From an uncultured Verrucomicrobiae bacterium (GTDB taxonomy: Bacteria > Verrucomicrobiota > Verrucomicrobiia > Chthoniobacterales > UBA10450), in the NCBI GenBank assembly GCA_963735805.1, contig CAVTMK010000002.1, positions 416,001 through 480,000 on the forward strand: a stretch of DNA of 64,000 nt. The letters run 5' to 3'. The notes under the pieces are model-generated. The model did no database searches. It was not told where the DNA came from and was given only the letters and a program-made list of their open reading frames with translations. The translations under genes and the position numbers were made by a program. This document shows, piece after piece, positions 19,052 to 28,496 of the stretch; positions within the stretch are counted from its first letter, which is position 1, and the number at the start of each line of letters is the position of its first letter.

Positions 19052-20122
19052 TCAAATCAAGTGTTCGCGATTGTCCGATCGGAGTCGAATCGTTTTTGAG
19101 TGCAAGTCGTGCCTTGTCCGAATAAAACGCACAGTTTTGCTTTTGGCGCGCATCAGGATCGAATGCGTGACGGCCGTGACGCCACCATGAGCGCGCACAC
19201 CGCGCAACAACGCGCTATCACTAATCCCAGTCGCGCAGAAAAGAATGTTCTGGCCGTTCGCCAGATCATCGGCTGAAAAAACGCGGTCGAGATCTTTCTT
19301 GCAACCTTCGTCGATCAGGCTTTTTCGTTCTTTTTCATCGCGCGGCCACATTTTGCATTGCATATCGCCCCCGAGACATTTGACTCCAGCCGCAGCGAGC
19401 ACCGCTTCGGGAGCACCGCCGATGCCCATGTAAAGATCGACGTCGGACTCGGGCAGTGAAGGCGCAATGGCCGCGGCGATGTCTCCATCGCCGATCATGC
19501 GCAGCGACGCGCCTGCCGCACGAATTTGTTCGACTATCTCTTTGTGTCGCGGCCTGTCGAGCATCATCACCGCGACGTCCTGGACGCGTTTGTCCACGGC
19601 GCGCGCAACAATCGCCAGCATTTCCGGAATTGGCATTTCGATGTGAAGTGAGTCGCCGCGCTTTTTCATGTAATCGATAACCCGCGGCCCGTAAGCCAGT
19701 TTGGACATGTAGAATGACGGCACATCTCGCAGCGCGACCTTTACTCCTCTCTCGGGACTCGCTGCCGCGATGCAACTGATCGAGTTCGGCGCGCCTTTGG
19801 AAATGTTTGTGGTCCCGTCGATTGGATCGATGGCTATATCGAACCGCGGCGAACCGAGGACCCATGTCCCGAGTTGTTCGCCTTTGAAAATTCCAGGTGC
19901 GTTGTCTTTGATCCCTTCGCCAATGACGACTTCGCCGCAGATGTTCATGAGATCGAACATGCCGCGCATGGCGTCGCAGGCAGCCGCATCGGCTGCTTCC
20001 TTGTCACCGCGTCCGAGCCAGCGCAGCGAATTCAGTGCAGCCGCTTCCGTGGCGCGTACAAAATCCAGCTCGATGATTCGCTCGATGTCCTGGTAATTTT
20101 GTTTCGGTAGTCGCAAAGCCAC
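19052..20122 (-). CDS. glpX: Class II fructose-1,6-bisphosphatase
   Basis: RATEAAA, VIGEG, DPIDGT, DGDI and GIGGAPEAVLAA motifs. Confidence 0.95.
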   Translation of the reverse strand: MALRLPKQNYQDIERIIELDFVRATEAAALNSLRWLGRGDKEAADAAACDAMRGMFDLMNICGEVVIGEGIKDNAPGIFKGEQLGTWVLGSPRFDIAIDPIDGTTNISKGAPNSISCIAAASPERGVKVALRDVPSFYMSKLAYGPRVIDYMKKRGDSLHIEMPIPEMLAIVARAVDKRVQDVAVMMLDRPRHKEIVEQIRAAGASLRMIGDGDIAAAIAPSLPESDVDLYMGIGGAPEAVLAAAGVKCLGGDMQCKMWPRDEKERKSLIDEGCKKDLDRVFSADDLANGQNILFCATGISDSALLRGVRAHGGVTAVTHSILMRAKSKTVRFIRTRHDLHSKTIRLRSDNREHLI

Positions 20123-20164
20123 GGGGCGTTAATTTTCACGCAGGTCGCGCTTGATGACAAGAAA

Positions 20165-22831
20165 TCAAGGAGCGACGACTTCCCAGTCCTTGGGGTTGCC
20201 CAAGCCGTTCATCTCCGTTGCCACGTCCGCACGAGGAAAGCCATCTTTAAGAATCAGTGGGATCAGGCGGGTAGACAAAGCTTGCGCGTTTTCGTTTAAA
20301 CCAACTTCAAGCAGCGCGCCCCGATTCCACGATCTAACCGTGGGTGCGCCGTCAAACACGAGATTACCCAGTGAATACGCAATCGGGCAGCCATGATAAA
20401 AGTCGAGCGACTGGACGCAGTGCGGATGCGATCCAACCACGAGGTCGACTCCATGATCAATCAGCCAGCGGGCGAGTTCGTGTTGTTTATCAGTGATGTT
20501 CTGGCTGTTTTCAATTCCCCAGTGAACCAGGCAGACGACGAAATTTGCGCGCTGTCGGGCATTCGCGATTGCGGCGTTCAGGCCAGGGCGATCTGATGCC
20601 GCAGCGATTCGAGGGCCTGCCGTAGACCCAAGATCGTTGACCGCCAAGAGAGCGATTTTTTTCCCATCGAGCAGTGAGAAGAAACTCGGCGTCCAGGCGT
20701 GGTTGTCGCGTTTTCCAACTCCGACAGGTTGGATTTGTTGCTGGGACAAATGCGCTGCGCAGTCGTCCAAGGCTGCCGTCCCGAAATCGAGCGCGTGATT
20801 ATTTGCCAGTCCCATCGCACGGAATCCTGCGCGATGGAGTAATTGCGCGGAGATCTCAGGGGCGCGAAATGCGTAGCGCTGCTGCGATTTGCCGAGATTC
20901 GAAATCGTGCATTCCAGATTTGCCGCGGCGAACGACGCACCGCGTAAAAATGTAGCGATACCCGCAAACGGATCTGTTCCATTCTCGATCTTCGCTGCGT
21001 AACTGCGGCCCAGCATCACGTCGCCGCCAAAAACGAGTGTTGCTGCAGGGTTTGGTGGCGGCACGCGAAACAAATCGAAGCAATTCTTCCTGCGTTCTTT
21101 CAGGAGTCGCCCAAGTGTCAGTGTTTTTGGGACATCCCCGAGCTGGTGCGCGACAAGATCGTTTTCATCGAGAACGCCGACGGGCTCGCGGTCCTCCATT
21201 ACAGAAGCGACGTGTGTCCCGAGATGGACAATCGTGCCACGCTGCAGATCTTCTGCGCTTATCTTCGCTGTGCCTGGTGTTGCTGATCGCGCGACAAGTT
21301 CCAGGTCATCGCGCAGTCTCTTCGGGTCCGACCACGAAACGCGCTGGCCTTGCCGGCGCAGCGCATAAACAATGAAGTTCGCGCAGTCGGCGCCCAGATC
21401 TGTTTCCGGCCCGGTATCTGAATCGTCTGACAATTCGCCGCTGCCAAAAAGGTATGGGAGACCAAACTGTTCACTGATCGCGGCGCGGAAACCGCTGCCG
21501 ACAAATCTCCGCAATTCCAGAATGGGTGTTTCGCAAATTTTCCCGTCTACAACAGCGCGGGCTCGCAAGCGCAACGAGCCACAGTGTAATTCCTGATCGA
21601 ACAAATTGTTGATCCTGCCTATTGACAGCACAAAACTGTGCTGATTGATCGGAAGTTCGTTCCAGACAGGACGCGGTGCTGCATTTGCGACAAAGCCAAC
21701 CTGATCGGTCGACAAATCGGTCACGTTGCAGCGCTGATATTTTGGAATCAGCGCCAACCATTCGATCTTTTCCGGTTTTGTTGTCCAAGGCTCGGTAACG
21801 AGTTCGATCTCGGCCGGATCGTCTGCTGGTATGCGCCAGACATTATCCGTGGAAGCCTGATGGTCTTTAACTTGAAGATGCAATCGTGGCGCGTCGTCAT
21901 TCCAGGTGCCCAAAAGTTGCTGCCAGCGGGCTGTGTCATGTCGCACCACGATCCGTTGAGGCTCGGACGAAATTCGCGCTCGCAGATCTTGTGGTATTCG
22001 GCCGAGATCGAATGCCGGCAGTTTCTTTCCTTTTAGCATCAATTTCTTCGAAAGGTTTGAGTGATCGTTGGCAACCGTCAAAAACGGCTCGAACTCGATT
22101 TGCGCAGTTGGCAACGAGAGTGCCGAACTCAACGCCAGCTTGAGTAGTCGATACGCTTCGTCGTCGTCTTTTAAGTAGGGACGTGAAATGGCAAACGTGA
22201 CGGCGCGAAGGCCTGGCCGTTCGATCACGAAATCCCAGATCCGGTCGAAAGCTGCTTTTTGTTCTGCGGCTGGGAAATTCGTGAAGTAGTCCAGATCAAT
22301 TGTGACAACCAACGGCTGGTTTGAATTGAGATGCTTTTCAAGCGTGTCGAAATCGGAGACGACGTATGATTCGCGGAACGACCCTGATTTTCTCGGCGCC
22401 GCCTCGAGGTGCCCATCAAGTAACGCCGTCGCTCGCTGAGTGCGCTCGCTAATTTCGGCTGCGGAAAGTTTCTCTGCCGGCACCCAAATTACTCTTGCAA
22501 CTGGTGCCGGCATAAGCGGCTCGATCCAATTGAAGCATTGAACAGCGCCTTCACCGCGCCAGCGATCGAGTAACGCTGCTCGATCTCGACGCGATTCGAC
22601 GTTGCGTAACGCATCGCGAATTTTATCGGAATCGAAAATGCCGGACGCATCGGAATGCGCATCGAAAAGGATGAGGGTACACGGCTGATCGAGAGCCACA
22701 TTTTGGGCGAGCCAATAAAACGTCCCGGCGTGATTGTCTTCGATGTAGATTGGCAGAATCTTCCCCGCGGTTGCGGGGCTGGCGGCGATCAGCAGCGCTA
22801 GAATGCATAGCGTCGCCGCTTGCCGGTTCAT
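20165..22831 (-). CDS. Secreted multidomain protein: UPF0489/arginase-like + NlpC/P60-like + CapA (PGA_cap) domain
   Basis: Signal peptide; IYIEDNH, FDAHSD, NWIEP, IDLDYF; GLPYLFG...DCANF...HLGTH; GGDVMLGR, NLEC, ANNHALDFG, VHWG, GSHPH, YSLGN. Confidence 0.8.
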   Translation of the reverse strand: MNRQAATLCILALLIAASPATAGKILPIYIEDNHAGTFYWLAQNVALDQPCTLILFDAHSDASGIFDSDKIRDALRNVESRRDRAALLDRWRGEGAVQCFNWIEPLMPAPVARVIWVPAEKLSAAEISERTQRATALLDGHLEAAPRKSGSFRESYVVSDFDTLEKHLNSNQPLVVTIDLDYFTNFPAAEQKAAFDRIWDFVIERPGLRAVTFAISRPYLKDDDEAYRLLKLALSSALSLPTAQIEFEPFLTVANDHSNLSKKLMLKGKKLPAFDLGRIPQDLRARISSEPQRIVVRHDTARWQQLLGTWNDDAPRLHLQVKDHQASTDNVWRIPADDPAEIELVTEPWTTKPEKIEWLALIPKYQRCNVTDLSTDQVGFVANAAPRPVWNELPINQHSFVLSIGRINNLFDQELHCGSLRLRARAVVDGKICETPILELRRFVGSGFRAAISEQFGLPYLFGSGELSDDSDTGPETDLGADCANFIVYALRRQGQRVSWSDPKRLRDDLELVARSATPGTAKISAEDLQRGTIVHLGTHVASVMEDREPVGVLDENDLVAHQLGDVPKTLTLGRLLKERRKNCFDLFRVPPPNPAATLVFGGDVMLGRSYAAKIENGTDPFAGIATFLRGASFAAANLECTISNLGKSQQRYAFRAPEISAQLLHRAGFRAMGLANNHALDFGTAALDDCAAHLSQQQIQPVGVGKRDNHAWTPSFFSLLDGKKIALLAVNDLGSTAGPRIAAASDRPGLNAAIANARQRANFVVCLVHWGIENSQNITDKQHELARWLIDHGVDLVVGSHPHCVQSLDFYHGCPIAYSLGNLVFDGAPTVRSWNRGALLEVGLNENAQALSTRLIPLILKDGFPRADVATEMNGLGNPKDWEVVAP

Positions 22832-24171
22832 CGGGCTGCTTGAATCTCCGGTTTTTTAGCGAGCGGCGCCCGCAATTCCACGAGCGAGATGCACGTGTCG
22901 CGGTACTGCGTGCCGCGATGCACCGCTTTGATCACAAGCTTAATTTTGTTGACTGGCTTGGCGTAATCGCGGACGCGAATCAGATACGGATTTTCGAATC
23001 GCTCGTCGGGAATACTCTCCGTAAAGGTATGTTCGTCATTCAGCGTAACTTCGAGTTGTGCTATCCGGTTGTTCTTCCACCAGGCCTCTTCCCGGCCGTA
23101 TTCGTAATATCCTGGCCGGATTAAGATGCCATAAAGCGGAAGGGCACGTTTGACGTTAAGCGTTATGCTTTCACCAAGGCCATCGCCCTCGGCGCCTTCC
23201 GCCCAGGGCGTCTGCTCTTCCCGCTGTGGATTGGCCTTTATGTTAACGACGTCGTAGTTGCGTTTGCCTTGCGGAGCCAGTGTTGAGCTTGCCGTCGCAT
23301 CATAGTCGGTGTGATCGAGAAAGTATTGATTGTCCCTAAGGACGTAGGAGGCGTGGCGGTTAAGTTCTTCTTCCGAATAACCTGTCGGATAGGAATCGTA
23401 CTTTGAATGCGCGATGATGCGGATGTCATCCGCCAGCGTTGGTTTCAGGTTCTCAAATGTCCATTCGTAATGGGTGTCGTTGATTTTTTGGAAGCGCTCC
23501 TTTGGTTTTTCGATGGAGACGTCTTCGGGTTCAGGGTGCAGGATATTGATTTCGATTTTCCCTTTGCCGATCGGTCCTTTCCATGTCGCAGCGGGAGAAA
23601 GCGAATACGCGAATGTCGCGTCACTTATGTGTGAGTCGTCCGAAACCGATTCGTCGTTTTCGGCGTACTGCGCATTGTAACGAATCGCGACCTGGCGCGT
23701 TTGATTTCGTTCGAAGGGAATTATCGATTTCTTCCATGATTTAATGGTGGAAACATTTTCTTCCCAGAGTTGCCCGGATTTCGTCTCGTTGGCCTCTTCT
23801 TTCGGTCCTGATACGTTTGTCGACGGCAATTTTTTTCCGTCGACGGTGATCTCGTACTGGCGAATGTCGGCGTTCTTTGTGTCTATATCCGCGTCGGAGT
23901 TTTTTCCCCAACGTTCGACTGGAAAAAAGAAATCCTGTCGCAGTCTGGGCCCCGTGTTGTGCATTTTGTAAAGCACCTCCACGGCCGCGTACTCGGGATG
24001 CAGGTCAATCTTTAGCGTTTCGTCCTCGATCGTAACCTCGGTTTTGTGATTTTGGTTCGAGGCGCTTGCGCTACCAGTCGCAGGAACGCCGGTCTGCCAG
24101 GCGCCGCCATTGGCTAAAAGCGCACTGGTCCAAACGACAAGCAACGCGATCCCGGGCAACAGTTGTTTCAT
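22828..24171 (-). CDS. Secreted DUF4424-like protein with C-terminal discoidin/NADase-type glycan-binding domain
   Basis: Signal peptide then ANGG; YSLSPAATWKGPIG; C-terminal ASSTL...WAEGAEGDGLGE...PGY...KNNR...DTCIS. Confidence 0.7.
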   Translation of the reverse strand: MKQLLPGIALLVVWTSALLANGGAWQTGVPATGSASASNQNHKTEVTIEDETLKIDLHPEYAAVEVLYKMHNTGPRLRQDFFFPVERWGKNSDADIDTKNADIRQYEITVDGKKLPSTNVSGPKEEANETKSGQLWEENVSTIKSWKKSIIPFERNQTRQVAIRYNAQYAENDESVSDDSHISDATFAYSLSPAATWKGPIGKGKIEINILHPEPEDVSIEKPKERFQKINDTHYEWTFENLKPTLADDIRIIAHSKYDSYPTGYSEEELNRHASYVLRDNQYFLDHTDYDATASSTLAPQGKRNYDVVNIKANPQREEQTPWAEGAEGDGLGESITLNVKRALPLYGILIRPGYYEYGREEAWWKNNRIAQLEVTLNDEHTFTESIPDERFENPYLIRVRDYAKPVNKIKLVIKAVHRGTQYRDTCISLVELRAPLAKKPEIQAAR

Positions 24172-24229
24172 TTCGGACGTTTAACATACCGTGGCGGCGC
24201 TTGGCGAAGCGAGAATCCGTGAACGCTGT

Positions 24230-25831
24230 TTATTTTTCCATTCCAGCGACGTGATCGGCGTGTTCGTGGGCGCTGTGAGTGTGTAAAGAGGGGCGGATAC
24301 GCAGAAAAAACTGAAAAGCGTATCCAAGATCATCGCCGTAGTAACGATCTAGCCGATCGGGTCGATCGTTTAAGGTGAATTGAGTGCCCAAGCCGATGTC
24401 GAGTCCGTTGCCGTGCGTTAAATCGCGCACGTAACCGATGGTATATCCGCCAACGGGAAAAATGCGGGATTCATCCGGTGGATCGAGAACCAGTTCGTGT
24501 CCGGATTTTTGCACTCGCTCCCAGCGGAAGTAGACGGTGTCGCGCCCGCGCTGGTAATTTGATTCGATCAGGAACGATTGCGTTTTGCCTTCATCGGTAG
24601 CGTTATTCTGGCCCCACACAAAGGTGTTCGACCAATTGGTGTCGCGACCGAGCGGCAGATTGTAAATGGCCGACGCAGTCGTGCGATGGACGTTTATCTG
24701 AGGCTCGAGCGCTTCCGGGCTTTTGATGTAGCCCTGCGAGACTTGCAGAGCCAGATTTTTGGTCGGGTTCCAGGAAATCCGGCCGCTGTAGGAATCGAAA
24801 CGCGGCCGGTCGAAATCGTAACGATCTTCGTCTGGTTCGCGCCCAGTGAAAATGCTCCCTTCGATTTTGATATTACGCCAGACCAGACCGGCCGTGGCCA
24901 CACCGAAGGTGATATGCGTCGAGTCCTGCCAGTGATGTCCGATCGGCGCATCGGGATCATCCATTGCCGATGGACGGTGCATAAAGGAGGGCTGTCCCAG
25001 CGCCGGTTCGCCAGGATAACCAAAATAGGCATATGCGCTAAAGTCGTGATCGAATTTTTGTGAGAGGCTCACTGAGAGTTCGTCGAAGAGATCGTGTGGA
25101 TGCTGGCGATCGTGGAGCGGTTGATCGTGCCATGATTCGCCGGTTTGAAATAAAAGCGGATAACCGCGTCCGCCTTCGGTAAGGGGATCGATACTCATCA
25201 TTAGGCGCGCGCCGATCTGTGTGCTGTCGCCGAGGGGATGCGAATACATTCCCATGAACCAGTTCGGAGCGTCGATTCGATCGTCGCCGCGTCGCGTACT
25301 CACGTTGGTGTAACGGGGGAAAATTGCGCCATGTAACATCAGCATGTTCTCGCCGAACATGAACATTTTTCCGTACATCGGCGATGAATCCGGCAGCCAA
25401 CTGGTTCCGGATCCTTCGCGGCTCATCGGATCGGCAAGGTCGACAGTCGAATGCATTTCCATGTGCATCTCGTGGTCCATATGTGCAGGCGGAAGCTGAT
25501 GTGTTTCGTGGGCCGAATGCGACTGATGAAGCATTTGATTGCTGTTGGAAGTGGACCGTTGAGCGTCTGATTTATCCGAGTTGGTAGTTGAATGTTTCTC
25601 TTCCCCCAATGGCACGAGTGTCATTCCGCACTTCGGGCAATTGCCGGTATGATCCGTAATCACTTCGGGATGCATTGCGCACGTGTATTTCTGTTTCTTC
25701 TCGGGCTGGTGTTGCTCATGATGGGAATCACCGGCCGGCCGATTGAGGTCAATTGCTCCTACCTGTCCGACGACGCTAATAGCGATCGTCATTGTGCCGA
25801 TGAAAGCAAAAAGCTGTTTTTGCATTTTCAT
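24230..25831 (-). CDS. Heavy-metal-binding-domain protein with His/Met-rich linker and probable outer-membrane beta-barrel
   Basis: Signal peptide, YTCAMHP...CPKCGM, HMDHEMHMEMH, SGTSWLP, QHPHD and HHWQDSTH motifs, alternating beta-strand pattern. Confidence 0.8.
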   Translation of the reverse strand: MKMQKQLFAFIGTMTIAISVVGQVGAIDLNRPAGDSHHEQHQPEKKQKYTCAMHPEVITDHTGNCPKCGMTLVPLGEEKHSTTNSDKSDAQRSTSNSNQMLHQSHSAHETHQLPPAHMDHEMHMEMHSTVDLADPMSREGSGTSWLPDSSPMYGKMFMFGENMLMLHGAIFPRYTNVSTRRGDDRIDAPNWFMGMYSHPLGDSTQIGARLMMSIDPLTEGGRGYPLLFQTGESWHDQPLHDRQHPHDLFDELSVSLSQKFDHDFSAYAYFGYPGEPALGQPSFMHRPSAMDDPDAPIGHHWQDSTHITFGVATAGLVWRNIKIEGSIFTGREPDEDRYDFDRPRFDSYSGRISWNPTKNLALQVSQGYIKSPEALEPQINVHRTTASAIYNLPLGRDTNWSNTFVWGQNNATDEGKTQSFLIESNYQRGRDTVYFRWERVQKSGHELVLDPPDESRIFPVGGYTIGYVRDLTHGNGLDIGLGTQFTLNDRPDRLDRYYGDDLGYAFQFFLRIRPSLHTHSAHEHADHVAGMEK

Positions 25832-25840
25832 TTACGTTTT

Positions 25841-25907
25841 CTGTAGTGGCAGCCGTGTCGGCTGTGGCGGATCTGCGCAAATGCAGGCGGCACGCCTGCC
25901 GCTACAG
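25841..25907. repeat. GTAG-type palindromic repeat (intergenic copy)
   Basis: ctgtag...ctacag terminal inverted repeat with two internal hairpins; matches 15881-15945. Confidence 0.85.
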
Positions 25908-25943
25908 CGGAAGATTGGCGACCCGAAGGCTTTCGGGGCCAGG

Positions 25944-26333
25944 TCAGGCCAGGGACGGCGGAGCGTGAGCGAGAAGGCTCCGCTGCAGAATCAGTTCAGC
26001 GAACGAACGCGCATCCGGTGGTCCAGTGTCGAGAAACACTGGCCTCTGGACAGTTTGCAAATGGTCAAGTCCTGCGACTCCTTCCGCGTAAAATTCGGCA
26101 TCGGAAAAAGTCGCGTGGTCAGGGTTCCAGTTCTTGGCGACAACCGGAACGATCGCGCGCAAAATTTTGCAGCACTGCGCTCCGGTCGGCTGCTTTTCTT
26201 GTTTCGCAGGCTTGGAATGAAACGGGCATCCGCTTTGCACGGAGTCCGTCTTTATTGCCAGCGAAGCAAACGCACAATGATTTGAAATCGCAAACCATGA
26301 GCAGATCGAAACTGCTACGACTACGAAACGCAT
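25944..26333 (-). CDS. Small DUF2946-like Cys/His protein ending in TGPP...HAPP
   Basis: Hydrophobic N-terminus, HC, CPFH, CC, C-terminal DTGPP and LLAHAPPSLA; directly upstream of the metal-binding outer-membrane protein. Confidence 0.7.
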   Translation of the reverse strand: MRFVVVAVSICSWFAISNHCAFASLAIKTDSVQSGCPFHSKPAKQEKQPTGAQCCKILRAIVPVVAKNWNPDHATFSDAEFYAEGVAGLDHLQTVQRPVFLDTGPPDARSFAELILQRSLLAHAPPSLA

Positions 26334-26377
26334 GACATGTTTCACGTTCAACCTAATCGTGCAAGCGGCGCGAGCGC

Positions 26378-27727
26378 TCAAACGTTTTCTTCCGCTTCGT
26401 TGATCGGCGCTGCGCCGGTGGCGGCGACTTCGGGTGGTACCAACGGCGCACTTAACGGCGTGGACGTTTGGGATCCTAATGGTCCTTGCTTAATGCGCGT
26501 GGACATCAACATCGCGGTGAAAAGAAGAGCGGCGGCGAGATAATACGGCGCGCCCGGAAGGTGAAAAGCGTTTTTCGGATCGATGAACCATCCGAAAATT
26601 CGAAGGAATAACCATGGGCCGACGATGAACGTGATCGAACGCATGCTCTGAAGTGCGCCTTGCAGTTCGCCTTGTTCGCGCTCGCTGACGCGATGAGTCA
26701 TCATGCTTTGCGCCGCTGGCATGGAAATATTCCAAAGTGAAATGATCGGGATCGAAGCGAGTAACCACGCGCCCGTTTTAGCCAAGCCGGCGATCAACAT
26801 TCCGCTCGATCCAAAAAACTGGCCGATATAAAGCGTTCGCCTTTCGCCAAAACGTTTCACCATGAAGCCGGTCAGTCCGCCGGAAATCGCGGCAGTGACA
26901 ATTCCGACAATCATCAGCGAGAGTCCGATCATACCCTGGCTCCAGCTGTAACGATAGATCGCGTAAAGTGCCCAGACGCTAAATACATTATGCGCGAGAT
27001 ATGCGAGGAATTGGATCGTGGTCAGGCGCCAAAGTTCGTGATGAGAACGCAACAGTGTGAGGGAGCCGACAGGGTTCGCGCGCCGCAACTCGACTTTTTT
27101 TCGCTGATTTTGCGCCAACGATTCCGGAACGAAGAAGTAACCCCAGAGCCAGTTCATTAGACTGAGAACCGCTGCAATCCAAAACGCCAGCCGAGGACTA
27201 ACATCGCCCGCCAATCCACCAATCGCCGGACCGAAGGTGAATCCGATTCCGAATGCCACGCCGATAAGGCCAAACGCTCCTGCCCGTTTTTCCTTCGGTG
27301 TGACGTCGGCGATGTAAGCCATCGCGGTCGGAATGCTTGAAGTCGTGATTCCCGAAATGACTCGGCCGAGGAAAAGCCAGCTCAATGTCGGTGCCATCGC
27401 CATCACAATGTAATCCAATCCGAGACCCAGATTTGAGAGCAGAATAATCGGACGTCTCCCAAATCGATCGGACAAAACGCCGAGCAAGGGCGAAAAGAAA
27501 AACTGCATCAGCGCGAAGACCACAGCGAACCGGGCGCTCCATTTTGCCGCATCGGTCATCTCGCCGCCGAGAAAATCCAGAATCAGTTTGGGCAAAACGG
27601 GGATGATCAAACCCATCGCCAGAATGTCGAGGGTTACTGTGACGAGAATGAAAATAATGGCGGCCTTACGAGATTTCATTACGCGATCGACAACTGTAGA
27701 GGTGGCTGTGTCAGCCGCAAAATTCAA
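26378..27727 (-). CDS. TCR/Tet family MFS efflux transporter
   Basis: LGVLSDRFGRRP motif A, AYIADVT, GPAIGG, EQGELQGA. Confidence 0.92.
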   Translation of the reverse strand: MNFAADTATSTVVDRVMKSRKAAIIFILVTVTLDILAMGLIIPVLPKLILDFLGGEMTDAAKWSARFAVVFALMQFFFSPLLGVLSDRFGRRPIILLSNLGLGLDYIVMAMAPTLSWLFLGRVISGITTSSIPTAMAYIADVTPKEKRAGAFGLIGVAFGIGFTFGPAIGGLAGDVSPRLAFWIAAVLSLMNWLWGYFFVPESLAQNQRKKVELRRANPVGSLTLLRSHHELWRLTTIQFLAYLAHNVFSVWALYAIYRYSWSQGMIGLSLMIVGIVTAAISGGLTGFMVKRFGERRTLYIGQFFGSSGMLIAGLAKTGAWLLASIPIISLWNISMPAAQSMMTHRVSEREQGELQGALQSMRSITFIVGPWLFLRIFGWFIDPKNAFHLPGAPYYLAAALLFTAMLMSTRIKQGPLGSQTSTPLSAPLVPPEVAATGAAPINEAEENV

Positions 27728-27833
27728 ATCGTGGAGGCCAGAAATCCCGGCGCCAGAAAACTAGTGCTAATATGTGAGTCGGTTCGCAATTCTGCGACTC
27801 TCTCATCGTTCAGTGAAAACGGAACGCGAGTGG

Positions 27834-27941
27834 GGGTGGATCGTTTTCATAAGCAATGCCAAAGCGATTGTCGCAAGCGCAAATATCAGACGACGCAGCC
27901 GCGCATTTCATCAACGCATTGAGGACAACGCGTTCCATCTC
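27834..27941. repeat. GGTGGA-type REP doublet (degenerate)
   Basis: ggtggatcg...aacgcattgaggacaacgcgttccatc. Confidence 0.65.
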
Positions 27942-27954
27942 GTTATTTTGCACG

Positions 27955-28473
27955 ATGATGCGCGTCTCCTATCTGTCCCCAAAAACTGGGGTGCGCGAGA
28001 GTAAAATCCACGGGCGCGGTTTGTTTGCCATGGCCGATATTGCGAAGGATGAGATCGTCGCGGTGAAAGGCGGACGAATTGTTGTTGGAAAAACTCTGCG
28101 GGAAAAGATCACGCCACGGCTTGGGCCAGTGGAAATTCAGATCGACGATAATTTGTTCATTACGCCAGTAACAGACGAAGAGCGCGAGCTATCGATGTTG
28201 TATTCGAATCACTCGTGCGATGCGAATCTAGGAATGCGTGGTGAGATCATCTTCGTAGCAATGCGCGATATCCGCGCCGGTGAAGAACTCACGCACGATT
28301 GGGCGACGACAGACAACGATGATTACTCCGTTGAATGCAAATGCGGCGCGCCTAATTGCCGCAAAATTCTGACTGGCAAAGACTGGCAGCGGCCGGATTT
28401 GCAGGAGCGCTATGCGGGCTATTTCTCCGCCTATCTGGCGCGAAAAATCGCAGCGCTCGATACGGAGGGTTAA
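27955..28473 (+). CDS. SET domain protein with post-SET cysteines
   Basis: IHGRGLFA, NHSCDAN, RDIRAGEELTHDW and CKCGAPNCR motifs. Confidence 0.92.
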   Translation: MMRVSYLSPKTGVRESKIHGRGLFAMADIAKDEIVAVKGGRIVVGKTLREKITPRLGPVEIQIDDNLFITPVTDEERELSMLYSNHSCDANLGMRGEIIFVAMRDIRAGEELTHDWATTDNDDYSVECKCGAPNCRKILTGKDWQRPDLQERYAGYFSAYLARKIAALDTEG

Positions 28474-28496
28474 AAAACTGGCAGATCTACGCTAAC

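Noticed and set aside
20165..21040. Poly-gamma-glutamate capsule biosynthesis operon
   Set aside because: Only a CapA-like domain is present; there is no capB/capC ligase module in the window.
26378..27727. Acquired tetracycline resistance gene
   Set aside because: It is a generic TCR/Tet-family MFS transporter with no tetR or mobile-element context; the substrate cannot be assigned from sequence.
12238..27941. CRISPR array
   Set aside because: The repeats are dispersed palindromes, not regularly spaced direct repeats, and there are no cas genes.
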